A stretch of 25,308 nucleotides of DNA from Candidatus Lindowbacteria bacterium RIFCSPLOWO2_12_FULL_62_27 (GCA_001784175.1 MFPR01000043.1:186001-211308); one strand, 5' to 3'; shown: positions 9,164-17,424, counted from the first letter of the stretch. Notes: generated by a model from the sequence alone, not told the origin. Translations and numbers: made by a program.

Positions 9164-9582
9164 AACTCTCCGACGTTCGTGACCTCCTCGACACCGCCCT
9201 CGATATTCTGGGCGACTCGGCCGGTCGCGTGGAACTTGCGGACGGCCGCCGCCGTGTGCGGATCGGCCGGGTCAGCGCCTCCGGCGCCCCAAGTGCCGAC
9301 GCCGTCTCCGGTCCCGAGGGAATGCGCGCGCCGCCGGAAGGCATCACCATCCGCGCGCCGGCCATTGGCGTGATCAGCCTGCGGGACAACCGCACCGACC
9401 GGCCGCTCGTCGAGCTTGGTCAGACGGTCACGCAGGGCCAGACGCTGGCGTTCATCAGTTCGATGGAGATCACGACCAAGGTGACGGCGCCGGCGGCGGG
9501 CGTGGTGGAGGAAGTTCTGGTGGATGACGGCGACGGCGTCGAATTCAACGCGCCCCTGTTGAAAATCATCCCGAGTGTTTAA
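9160..9582 (+). CDS. accB: Biotin carboxyl carrier protein-like protein lacking the biotinylated lysine
   Basis: AccB-type N-terminus, linker and biotinyl-domain pattern (RAPAIG...VELGQTV..GQTL...APAAGVVEEVLVDDGDGVEFNAPLLKI). Lies between efp and accC. The EAMK motif is replaced by SSME. Confidence 0.85.
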   Translation: MKLSDVRDLLDTALDILGDSAGRVELADGRRRVRIGRVSASGAPSADAVSGPEGMRAPPEGITIRAPAIGVISLRDNRTDRPLVELGQTVTQGQTLAFISSMEITTKVTAPAAGVVEEVLVDDGDGVEFNAPLLKIIPSV

Positions 9583-10957
9583 CAAGATCCTCATCGCCAA
9601 CCGCGGCGAAATCGCGCTGCGGGTCATCCGCGCCTGCCAGGAACTCGGCGTTTCGACGGTGGCCGTCCATTCGACCGCCGACGCCGACACCGTGCCCGTC
9701 TCGGTGGCCGACGAGAGTGTCTGCATCGGGCCGCCGCAGGTCACCAAAAGCTACTTGAACATGCACGCCATCCTGACCGCCGCAAAACTCACGGGCGCCG
9801 AGGCGATCCATCCCGGATACGGATTCCTCGCCGAAAACGAAACCTTCGCGCGGCTCGTCCGAAACAGCGGGCTCGTCTTCATCGGACCCAGCGCCGACCA
9901 TATCGCGCGGATGGGCCAGAAGGCGGAGGCGCGAAAAACGATGAAGGAGGCCGGACTGCCGATCCTGCCGGGCAGCGCCGACATGGTAAAGGACGGGGAC
10001 GAGGCGAAACGGATCGCGGCCGACATCGGATATCCGGTCCTGCTGAAAGCCGCCTACGGCGGCGGCGGCCGCGGGATGCGCGTGGTCGCGAAGGAGGAGG
10101 ACCTCGGCCCGGCCTTCGCGCAGGCGGCGGCCGAAGCGATGAACGCGTTCGGGGACGGCAGTCTCTACTTGGAGAAATTCATCGAGCGGCCCCATCACAT
10201 CGAAATCCAGATATTGGCCGACCAGCGCGGCGGGGTCGTGCATCTCGGCGAGCGCGAGTGTTCCATCCAGCGGCGGCACCAGAAGCTGATCGAGGAGTCG
10301 CCGTCGCCCTTTCTGGCCCGCGACCGCGCCCTGCAGATATGCGAAACGGTCCGGCAGGCCATCGCGCGGATCGGATACGAGGGCGCGGGCACGGTGGAAT
10401 TGATCGTGGACGAGAACCGCCGGTTTTATTTCATGGAAATGAACACGCGCCTCCAGGTCGAGCATCCCATCACCGAGGAAATCACCGGGATCGACATCGT
10501 CAAGGAACAAATCCGCATCGCGTCCGGTCAGCCCCTCCGGTTCCGGCAGGACGACGTGACCTTCCGTGGTCATTCCATCGAGTGCCGGGCCCTCGCGGAG
10601 GACGCAACGCTCGATTTCCGGCCCTGCACCGGGACCATCCAGAACCTGCATTTCGGGCTGGGACCCGGTATCCGCGTCGAAACGCACATCTATTCCGGAT
10701 ACCAGATCCCCGCCACCTACGACTCGCTCCTTGCCAAATTCATCAGCTGGGGGCTCACCCGCGCCGAATCGATCTCACGCATGCGCCGCGCCATCCGCGA
10801 AACCGTGATCGAAGGTCTTCCCACCACGCTCCCGTGGCACTCCCAGGTCCTCGTCGAACCCGATTTCGTCCGCGGCACCTACACCACCCACTACGTAGCC
10901 GAACACCGCCGCCTGCAGGACCCCGCGCCGGCCACCGGCGCCGGCTCAGGCTCTTAA
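9575..10957 (+). CDS. accC: Biotin carboxylase (acetyl-CoA carboxylase BC subunit)
   Basis: KILIANRGEIA, IHPGYGFLAEN, KAAYGGGGRGM, ERECSIQRRHQK, EMNTRLQVEHP, IECR, YDSLLAK. Confidence 0.97.
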   Translation: MFNKILIANRGEIALRVIRACQELGVSTVAVHSTADADTVPVSVADESVCIGPPQVTKSYLNMHAILTAAKLTGAEAIHPGYGFLAENETFARLVRNSGLVFIGPSADHIARMGQKAEARKTMKEAGLPILPGSADMVKDGDEAKRIAADIGYPVLLKAAYGGGGRGMRVVAKEEDLGPAFAQAAAEAMNAFGDGSLYLEKFIERPHHIEIQILADQRGGVVHLGERECSIQRRHQKLIEESPSPFLARDRALQICETVRQAIARIGYEGAGTVELIVDENRRFYFMEMNTRLQVEHPITEEITGIDIVKEQIRIASGQPLRFRQDDVTFRGHSIECRALAEDATLDFRPCTGTIQNLHFGLGPGIRVETHIYSGYQIPATYDSLLAKFISWGLTRAESISRMRRAIRETVIEGLPTTLPWHSQVLVEPDFVRGTYTTHYVAEHRRLQDPAPATGAGSGS

Positions 10958-11338
10958 TACTTTCAGCGCGCGCTTGATGTCCGATACGCGGATGATCAGA
11001 ACGCCCTTTTTCTCCCGGAGGCCCACCGTACCGTAGGCGTACTCGATATTGATCCGCGCGCGGGACAGCCGTTCGGCCAGGTCCTCCAGGGCGCCCCGGC
11101 GGTTCGAAAGTTCCAGCACCAGGACCTCGGATTCGACGACCAACTGGCCGGCCGATTCCAGAATGTCCATGGCCTTGTCGGGGTTCGACACCATCAGCCG
11201 AACGACCGCGTGATCGACCGTGTCCGAAACGGTCATGCCGAGGATGTCAATCTCGTGGTCGGCCAGATCGGACGACAGCTTGGCCAGCACCCCCGGCGCG
11301 TTCTTTAAAAAGACGGAAAGCTGCTTGCGGACTTGCAT
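10946..11338 (-). CDS. Tandem ACT-domain protein
   Basis: KQLSVFLKNAPGVLA in the first repeat; NRRGAL..LAERLSRARINIEYAY in the second. Confidence 0.9.
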   Translation of the reverse strand: MQVRKQLSVFLKNAPGVLAKLSSDLADHEIDILGMTVSDTVDHAVVRLMVSNPDKAMDILESAGQLVVESEVLVLELSNRRGALEDLAERLSRARINIEYAYGTVGLREKKGVLIIRVSDIKRALKVLRA

Positions 11339-11356
11339 GACAAAGTCACCTCTTTC

Positions 11357-12496
11357 TTATGAAGTAGTTTCGGCCCGCGCGGCGACGGTCCTCTCAATTT
11401 CTTTTTCTCCCAGAAGCGCCGCGCGGATCGCGTCGGCGAACCCTACGGCGTCCCGCGGCCCGGCCGCCGTCACGATCGCACCGTCCCGCGCGACCGGATG
11501 CGCCGAAATGCGCGCGCCCATCTTTCGGAGGTTCGACAGTTCTGTGTGCCAGGCCACGGCGGTTTTTCGGGACAAAAGATACGCGTTGGCGAGGATCGAA
11601 GGCGCTACGCAGATCGCCGCGACCACACGTTTTGATTCGTAGGCCCTTCGCGCCAGCGCCTGGCATCGCTTGCACCCCGCCAGCGCCCTCGCGCCCTCCC
11701 CGCCGATGAAGACGACCGCGTCGAACTCGTCCCCCGCATCCGCGTGCGTCACGTCCGGCCGGATTCGCAGGCCCTGCGCGCCCACGCATTCCTCGCGCGA
11801 CGGCCCCGCCACCGCGATGTCGGCGCCCCAGCCTTCCAGACGGAGGCGCGGCGCCAGATATTCGCGCTCCTGAAAATCGCGGCCGGCAAGAACAAAAAGA
11901 ATCTTCTTTCCACCCAGCGGCATGTCGCCGACCTGCCGGCAAATCCAGACGACGGCGGCCGCCGCATCGTCCCCGACGAAGTCCGGCGCCGGGCCGCCCG
12001 CCGCCCGCTCCGTCTCCGCGCCCTTGCCGGTCCGGACCAGGACGGCTTTCGCGCCGATGTTTCGCGCCGCCTGCAGGTCTTCCGGGCGGTCGCCCACCAC
12101 AAAACTGTCTTTGAGCGAAAGTTGATATCGCAGGGCGGCCTGCTCGAAAAGTTGCGTGCTGGGTTTTCGCTCCGCCGCGCCGCGCCGGTGTTCCGGCCGG
12201 GCCGAGGCGGGAAAATGGGGCGCATAAAAAACGGCGTCAAGGTCCGCGTCCTGTTCCTGCAGAACGCGCTTCATGTGATTGTGCGCGCGGAGCAAGTCCA
12301 TCTCGCTGAGAACTCCCCGGCCGACACCCGCCTGGTTGGTGACGACGATCCGGCGCAGGCCCCGCTCTTTGAGGAGCGCCAGCGCCTCCGGCACGCCCTT
12401 GTAGAAGACGACCTGGTCAGGGTCCGAGATGTACTCGGCCTGCGGAACGAGCAGCGTCCCGTCGCGGTCGAAAAAAACGGCCCGCCTATGAATCAT
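11357..12496 (-). CDS. Fusion of GmhB/HisB-like HAD-IIIA phosphatase and DJ-1/PfpI domain
   Basis: N-half: FFDRDGTL, VTNQAGVGRG, RKP, VGDRPED, VRTGKG. C-half: FQEREY, FIGGEGA, AAICVAP, RDGAIVTAAGP. Confidence 0.88.
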   Translation of the reverse strand: MIHRRAVFFDRDGTLLVPQAEYISDPDQVVFYKGVPEALALLKERGLRRIVVTNQAGVGRGVLSEMDLLRAHNHMKRVLQEQDADLDAVFYAPHFPASARPEHRRGAAERKPSTQLFEQAALRYQLSLKDSFVVGDRPEDLQAARNIGAKAVLVRTGKGAETERAAGGPAPDFVGDDAAAAVVWICRQVGDMPLGGKKILFVLAGRDFQEREYLAPRLRLEGWGADIAVAGPSREECVGAQGLRIRPDVTHADAGDEFDAVVFIGGEGARALAGCKRCQALARRAYESKRVVAAICVAPSILANAYLLSRKTAVAWHTELSNLRKMGARISAHPVARDGAIVTAAGPRDAVGFADAIRAALLGEKEIERTVAARAETTS

Positions 12497-12531
12497 GCGC
12501 TACACGCGTCCCCGCCGCGCGGGGAATTCGC

Positions 12532-13401
12532 TCAAGCCCGCACCGCTCTCCTTCTCGGGCCTGGCCGCGACGCCCGGCCGCGCGTTCGGCCGGTCTGCCG
12601 GTCGCTGCGCGCGATGGCGGCGACGGCCGAATCGGCCGGCTGCGCCCGGCGCGATCGCGCGACCATGCGCGACACGGCCGAGTCCGACCGCTGGGCAATC
12701 CGTCCGGCCCCGGCGAGGCTTGCCGTCGACGAATCGGCCTGCCGCCGCCCGGCGCGCCGGAGGATCGCCTGAACCAGCCGGTCGATCCCGTCCGCCGCCT
12801 CGCTGATTCGCCCGGCCAGCATGTAGGCGGGCGTGGACACGAGGAGGAGCGACTCGTCGATGACGATCTCGTCCACCTGCGCCTTTTCATGCCGCGCGCC
12901 CATGCGCGCGAGGGTCTGGGCGGTGCCTTCGTCCATCCCGATGGTCAACCGCGGTTTTTCCGCCGCGAACGTTTTGGCGATGACGGCCGGCGCGATGCAG
13001 ACGGCGCCGATCGGCTTTTTCGCGTCGAACATCTCCCGCAACAGCCGGTAGACTTCGCCGTCGATCCAGCACCGGTCGCCGTTCCACACAAAGTTCGACA
13101 GGTTCTTCACCGCGCCGTACCCGCCGGGCAGAATGACCGCATCGAGGTCCGACGCGCGGACCTCGCGGATGTCGCGAATCTGGCCGCGCGCGATGCGCGC
13201 CGATTCGACCAGGACGTTCCGGGTCTCGTGCGAGACCTGGGCCGTGAGATGATTGATGACTTCGCTCTGATTCTTGTTCGGCGCCATGCACACGGCCTGG
13301 GCGCCGGCCCGGTCGAGCGCGAGGAGCGTCAGGACCGATTCATGGATTTCGGAGCCGTCGAAGACTCCACAGCCGCTAAGGACCACGCCTACGCGTAACA
13401 T
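12532..13401 (-). CDS. elbB: ElbB/ES1-family glyoxalase (DJ-1 superfamily) with C-terminal extension
   Basis: LSGCGVFDGSEIHE, RNVLVESARIARG, PGGYGAVKNLS, GAVCIAP, STPAYML. Confidence 0.93.
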   Translation of the reverse strand: MLRVGVVLSGCGVFDGSEIHESVLTLLALDRAGAQAVCMAPNKNQSEVINHLTAQVSHETRNVLVESARIARGQIRDIREVRASDLDAVILPGGYGAVKNLSNFVWNGDRCWIDGEVYRLLREMFDAKKPIGAVCIAPAVIAKTFAAEKPRLTIGMDEGTAQTLARMGARHEKAQVDEIVIDESLLLVSTPAYMLAGRISEAADGIDRLVQAILRRAGRRQADSSTASLAGAGRIAQRSDSAVSRMVARSRRAQPADSAVAAIARSDRQTGRTRGRASRPGPRRRAVRA

Positions 13402-14347
13402 GTGACAACACCTCCACGAGTTTTTTGTATTTCTTCAAGATGGCGGATCGATCTATATCCACTCCAATGAAAACCAAAACGTTGTTCCGGCGCCGCGCCT
13501 GTTCCTCCAGGTCCCACACGCCGGTCGAGTACTGCAAGAGCCACGTTTTTCCTTCCATATTCACGTAGCCCTTGACCCGGAACACCCCGTGGGGCAGGGC
13601 CTTCAAAAATCCGACCAGTCTCTCCCGGTTGAGAGACTCCCGTCGGTCGGACTGGATCACAAACGACACGAACGGATCGGCGTGCGGACGCGCCGCCTGG
13701 TCGGCGATCTCGCGCTTGCGCGCGGCCACGTCGAGGTCGATCGGCCGCAGCAGCCGCTCGAACCGGCCGCGGCAGTATTCGGTGCGGTAAATGAATACGC
13801 GCGGGTTGATCTCCCGGATCGCCTTCTCGATCGCCGGCAGCTCCCGCGGTTTCACAAGATCGCATTTGTTGAGAAGCACCACGTCCGCGGTCTTGATCTG
13901 GCACACGTAGTTGTACGCGAACTCCTTCATCAGCCCGAAAAACGCGCGGGCGTCCACCGTACAGATCACCGGCTCGACCGCCGTGCGTTCCTTGAGCGGC
14001 GGAATTTCGTAAAAGGCCTGCAGGATCCGCCCGGGCTCGGCGATGCCCGTCGATTCGATGAGGAGCCGTTTGGGTTTGTATTTTCGGAGCAGCGCCTCCG
14101 TCTCCTGGACGAAATCGCCCCGAATCTCGCAGCAGATGCAGCCGTTCGTCAGTTCCAGCGTGTTCAGGCCGCGGCGCTTGATCAGGCCGCCGTCGATGCC
14201 GACTTCGCCCAGCTCGTTCACCAGGACCGCCACCTTGCCGTCAAAGAGTTTGCCCTCGAGCGCGTTTCGGAGGAACGTGGTTTTGCCGGAACCGAGAAAG
14301 CCGGTCACGAGGTGGACCAGAGCGGGCTTGACCGGTTGTCGCGCCAT
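13376..14347 (-). CDS. COG0523/CobW G3E metallochaperone GTPase
   Basis: TGFLGSGKTT, NELGEVGID, GCICC, IESTG, LNKCD and a CobW_C-type FRVKG. Start is ATG 14347 or GTG 14350. Confidence 0.93.
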   Translation of the reverse strand: MARQPVKPALVHLVTGFLGSGKTTFLRNALEGKLFDGKVAVLVNELGEVGIDGGLIKRRGLNTLELTNGCICCEIRGDFVQETEALLRKYKPKRLLIESTGIAEPGRILQAFYEIPPLKERTAVEPVICTVDARAFFGLMKEFAYNYVCQIKTADVVLLNKCDLVKPRELPAIEKAIREINPRVFIYRTEYCRGRFERLLRPIDLDVAARKREIADQAARPHADPFVSFVIQSDRRESLNRERLVGFLKALPHGVFRVKGYVNMEGKTWLLQYSTGVWDLEEQARRRNNVLVFIGVDIDRSAILKKYKKLVEVLSHVTRRRGP

Positions 14348-14390
14348 CACCCCTCACGCCCCCCTCTCCCACGCCGCCTTCCGCCGGCCG

Positions 14391-15785
14391 TTACAGCTTT
14401 CCGCCGGGCTTGCGCGGTATGAACCGGCCGTATCCCCGGCGCCCGACAAATTGGTGGTCCCGCACGACCACCGCGCCGCGGCAGAGGGTTGTCTCCGGAA
14501 AGCCGTACATGTCCATGCCCTGGTAGGGCGACCAGTCGCAGTTCGTGGCGAGTTCCTTGTAATCGATTTTCTTGTGCGCCTTGGGGTCGATGACGATCAC
14601 GTCCGCGTCGCTTCCGGCCGCCAGCGCCCCTTTGCGCGGGTGGAGGCCCATGAGTTTCGCGGGGTTGGTGGAGCAGAGGGTGACGGCGTGGTTCACGTCG
14701 AACTTTTTCTTGCGCACGCCGAACGTGTAAATCGCGGGCCACATGGTCTCGACGCCGGGCAGTCCGAAGGGAATCCGCCGAAAATCGCCGCCCCACATGG
14801 CCTTCTGCTTGGTCGTGAATGTGCACGTGTCCGTCGCGATCGTCGAAACCTCGCCGTTCTTCAGACCCTTCCACAGGCGCTCGTTGTCCTTTTTCTTCTT
14901 GATCTGCGGGCACGTCGCGTACCAGTGGCCTTTCTCGCGGTCCTTGAAGACCTCGTCGTTCAGCACGAGATACTGCGGGCACGTTTCGGCGTAGACGTGG
15001 ACGCCGCGCGACTTGGCGGCCTTCACCAAATCCGCGCCTTCGCCGGTCGACATGTGCACGATGTAGAGCGTGCCGCCGGTCTGCTCGGTCCACATGATCG
15101 CGCGCTGGATCGCCTCGGCCTCGACAAAGTTCGGCCGGGACAGCGCATGGCCGTAGGCGCCGACCTTGTCCATCTCTTTGACGTACCGGCCGATCAGCAC
15201 GTTGAGGACGCGTTCGGACTCGGCGTGGACGAGAATCTTGGCGCCGAAATCCCGCGTGTACTCGAGCGCGGCGTACATGGCGGCGTCGTCGCTCTGCCAG
15301 CCTTCCTTTTCATAAATCATGAACATCTTGTAGGTCGGCACGCCCGCGTCGATCATCTTCTTGACCTCGGCCGCCGCCTGGTCGGTCCACTGGATCACGA
15401 TGCCGTGCAGGCCGTAATCGACGGCCACCTTGTCCCGCGCCTCCGCCATCCGGCGCTCAAACCCGGCGTACATGCCCTTTTCCTTGTCCTGCGTCGCGTA
15501 GTCGATCACGGTGGTGACGCCGCCGCGCGCGGCCGCGCGCGTGCCGGATTCGAAATCGTCGGAAGACACGGTGCCGCAGAACGGCAACTGCAGATGAACG
15601 TGCACGTCGATCATCCCGGGCAACACCAGCTTGCCCGCGGCGTCAATGATCGTCGCGCCGTCCGGCGACAGGTTCTTCGCGATCTTCGCGATCTTCTCGC
15701 CCTTGATGGCGACATCGGCGACTTTGCTCTCCGCGCCGGTATGAACGGTCCCGCCTTTGATGATGGTGTCGAACTGTCTGGCCAT
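14391..15785 (-). CDS. hydA: Dihydropyrimidinase / D-hydantoinase family cyclic amidohydrolase
   Basis: PGMIDVHVH, GGVTTVID, YKMFMIY, VHAES, YIVHMST, ETCPQYL, IATD, NPAKLMGL, GSDAD. Confidence 0.9.
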   Translation of the reverse strand: MARQFDTIIKGGTVHTGAESKVADVAIKGEKIAKIAKNLSPDGATIIDAAGKLVLPGMIDVHVHLQLPFCGTVSSDDFESGTRAAARGGVTTVIDYATQDKEKGMYAGFERRMAEARDKVAVDYGLHGIVIQWTDQAAAEVKKMIDAGVPTYKMFMIYEKEGWQSDDAAMYAALEYTRDFGAKILVHAESERVLNVLIGRYVKEMDKVGAYGHALSRPNFVEAEAIQRAIMWTEQTGGTLYIVHMSTGEGADLVKAAKSRGVHVYAETCPQYLVLNDEVFKDREKGHWYATCPQIKKKKDNERLWKGLKNGEVSTIATDTCTFTTKQKAMWGGDFRRIPFGLPGVETMWPAIYTFGVRKKKFDVNHAVTLCSTNPAKLMGLHPRKGALAAGSDADVIVIDPKAHKKIDYKELATNCDWSPYQGMDMYGFPETTLCRGAVVVRDHQFVGRRGYGRFIPRKPGGKL

Positions 15786-15821
15786 CGGTCTGCCACCCCC
15801 CTTGGGTTTGTTAGGACCCCC

Positions 15822-15851
15822 AGCCTACATGGAGGGCGGATGGGCTGTCAA
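15822..15851 (-). promoter_or_regulatory. Sigma70-like promoter for the hydA operon
   Basis: Minus strand TTGACA (15851-15846), 18-nt spacer, TAGGCT (15827-15822), then a G-rich RBS before ATG 15785. Confidence 0.6.
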
Positions 15852-15858
15852 CCACAAG

Positions 15859-16392
15859 TTAGAGGGCGATCAGATTGAACGCCAGGTGACAGACCCCGCA
15901 GGAGGAGTAGATCGGAATGATGCCGACGGCGATGTGGTCCGAATAGTGCTTCATCCACTCGTCGGTCGACATCACCTGCGGCGTGGATATCTGGGCCATC
16001 ATACCCATGTGAACGAGGCGTGTCTGCATGCCGCTCACAACTTCCTCGCCGATCATCAGCAGCGCGAATCGCGTGTCTTTCTCGGTGAGATTCGCGCGCT
16101 TCGGCGTCATGTAGCGCGCGATGCGCGACGCCATGCGCTTGTCGATGTCCAGCGCCGCAAATCCCCGCACGGGCCCGCTGAACTGGCTCGTCACGATCAT
16201 CCCGTCCGGCCGCCATCCGTCCGGAATGGCGAACAGGTGGCTGCGCCGGATGTAGCCCAGATTGAGGTGATTGAAACTGGCCGTCAGCGAATCCATATAG
16301 GCATTCAACTCGGCGGCTGAAAGGGGTCGGATCTGCGCCTCCAGCCGGGGCACGGCGCACTCGGTCTTTTCCAAAGTCGGATCAGAAAACAT
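15859..16392 (-). CDS. CheX/CheC-fold protein lacking the ExxN catalytic motif
   Basis: RBS AAAGGAGG. The pattern FSGPVRG...MASRIARYM...FALLMIGEEVVSG...ISTPQV matches the CheX secondary-structure signature. Confidence 0.65.
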   Translation of the reverse strand: MFSDPTLEKTECAVPRLEAQIRPLSAAELNAYMDSLTASFNHLNLGYIRRSHLFAIPDGWRPDGMIVTSQFSGPVRGFAALDIDKRMASRIARYMTPKRANLTEKDTRFALLMIGEEVVSGMQTRLVHMGMMAQISTPQVMSTDEWMKHYSDHIAVGIIPIYSSCGVCHLAFNLIAL

Positions 16393-16407
16393 GGCGATGG
16401 CCTCCTT

Positions 16408-16611
16408 TCACGAAGCAAGTGGTTTCATGTCCGCTGCCGGGCGCAAGCCCGCCCCCATCGCAGATCCTCGCATCGAAAACGCGCGGCGGATCAGCACCGT
16501 CGAAAATCCCTTCATGACAACTTTCACCACCGGATGCGGATGCCGCTGAAACACGTTCACGTGCTCAATCAGCCGATCTATGATGTAACTTTTGTGTTCG
16601 AAACTGTTCAT
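16408..16611 (-). CDS. Small hypothetical protein (67 aa)
   Basis: AAGGAGG followed by ATG 16611 eight nt later. Its TGA stop directly abuts the RBS of the CheX-like gene. Confidence 0.6.
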   Translation of the reverse strand: MNSFEHKSYIIDRLIEHVNVFQRHPHPVVKVVMKGFSTVLIRRAFSMRGSAMGAGLRPAADMKPLAS

Positions 16612-16872
16612 GTCCGTTGCCTCCTTTTGTCTTCTGCTGTGTAATAGAGCAACGCGCGTACCGGATGCGTCCCCGGAACGGAATTGTTTATAATTCATTT
16701 CTGCTCTTAATGTTACAAATCGGCGTCACCGCCCGGCTTAAGTCTGCGAACGTATAAGAAACAAGACATTTGTTTCAGTAAATTGTACGCTGCCCGCCCA
16801 TCGCCTTTCTCGTGGCGCCTCCTGACCCCACGCCCTATTAAGACAAATGGAAACGCTCCGAACCGACTCCGC

Positions 16873-16900
16873 TTGACAAGAGCCACATTTTGATTACAAT
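16873..16900 (+). promoter_or_regulatory. Sigma70-like promoter of the TA pair
   Basis: TTGACA (16873-16878), 16-nt spacer, TACAAT (16895-16900). TTACA is repeated at 16894 and 16904. Confidence 0.65.
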
Positions 16901-16920
16901 TAGTTACAGACGTGCGCACA

Positions 16921-17424
16921 ATGAAACTTGTGGTGGCGGACGCTTCATCGCTGATATTGTTGGCGAAGGCCGGCGTGATGGATGAGGTCTGCGGATCGTT
17001 TGAGGTTCATATCGAGGAATCGGTTTTCGAGGAATGTTGTTCGACCGATTCTCTGGAGAGATATCCGGATTCCGCGGCGATCAAGCGGTTGTGCGACCGG
17101 GGGCGCATCAGGCGCGCGTCGGCCGCTGCCGCGCCCGAATTGCCGTTTCGGCTCGGCCGCGGAGAGTCGGCCGCCATCGCGCTCGCCGTCAAACTCAAAG
17201 CGGACGCATTGCTGACGGACGACGGCAAGGCCATCAAGGCTTGCCGGTTTCTGTCGATTCCCTACACGACTTCGCCGCAGGTTCTGATCGATCTTGTCCG
17301 ATTCAGGAAGATATCGGTCGATCGCGCGCGTTCGGCGATGAATTGCCTCCGGCTGGCGGGCCGGTACAAGGAAATCATCATTACGCAGTATCTGTTGATG
17401 CTGGGAAAGGAGGCGGAGAAATGA
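16921..17424 (+). CDS. PIN-domain (VapC/DUF3368-like) putative toxin
   Basis: VVADASSLI, LGRGESAAIALA, LLTDDGKA. Start is ATG 16921 or GTG 16912. Confidence 0.85.
   Translation: MKLVVADASSLILLAKAGVMDEVCGSFEVHIEESVFEECCSTDSLERYPDSAAIKRLCDRGRIRRASAAAAPELPFRLGRGESAAIALAVKLKADALLTDDGKAIKACRFLSIPYTTSPQVLIDLVRFRKISVDRARSAMNCLRLAGRYKEIIITQYLLMLGKEAEK

Noticed and set aside
8600-9582. Genetic-code reassignment explaining the missing lysines
   Set aside because: Different codons are involved (ATG, GAG), and conserved Lys/Glu/Met positions in other genes translate normally.
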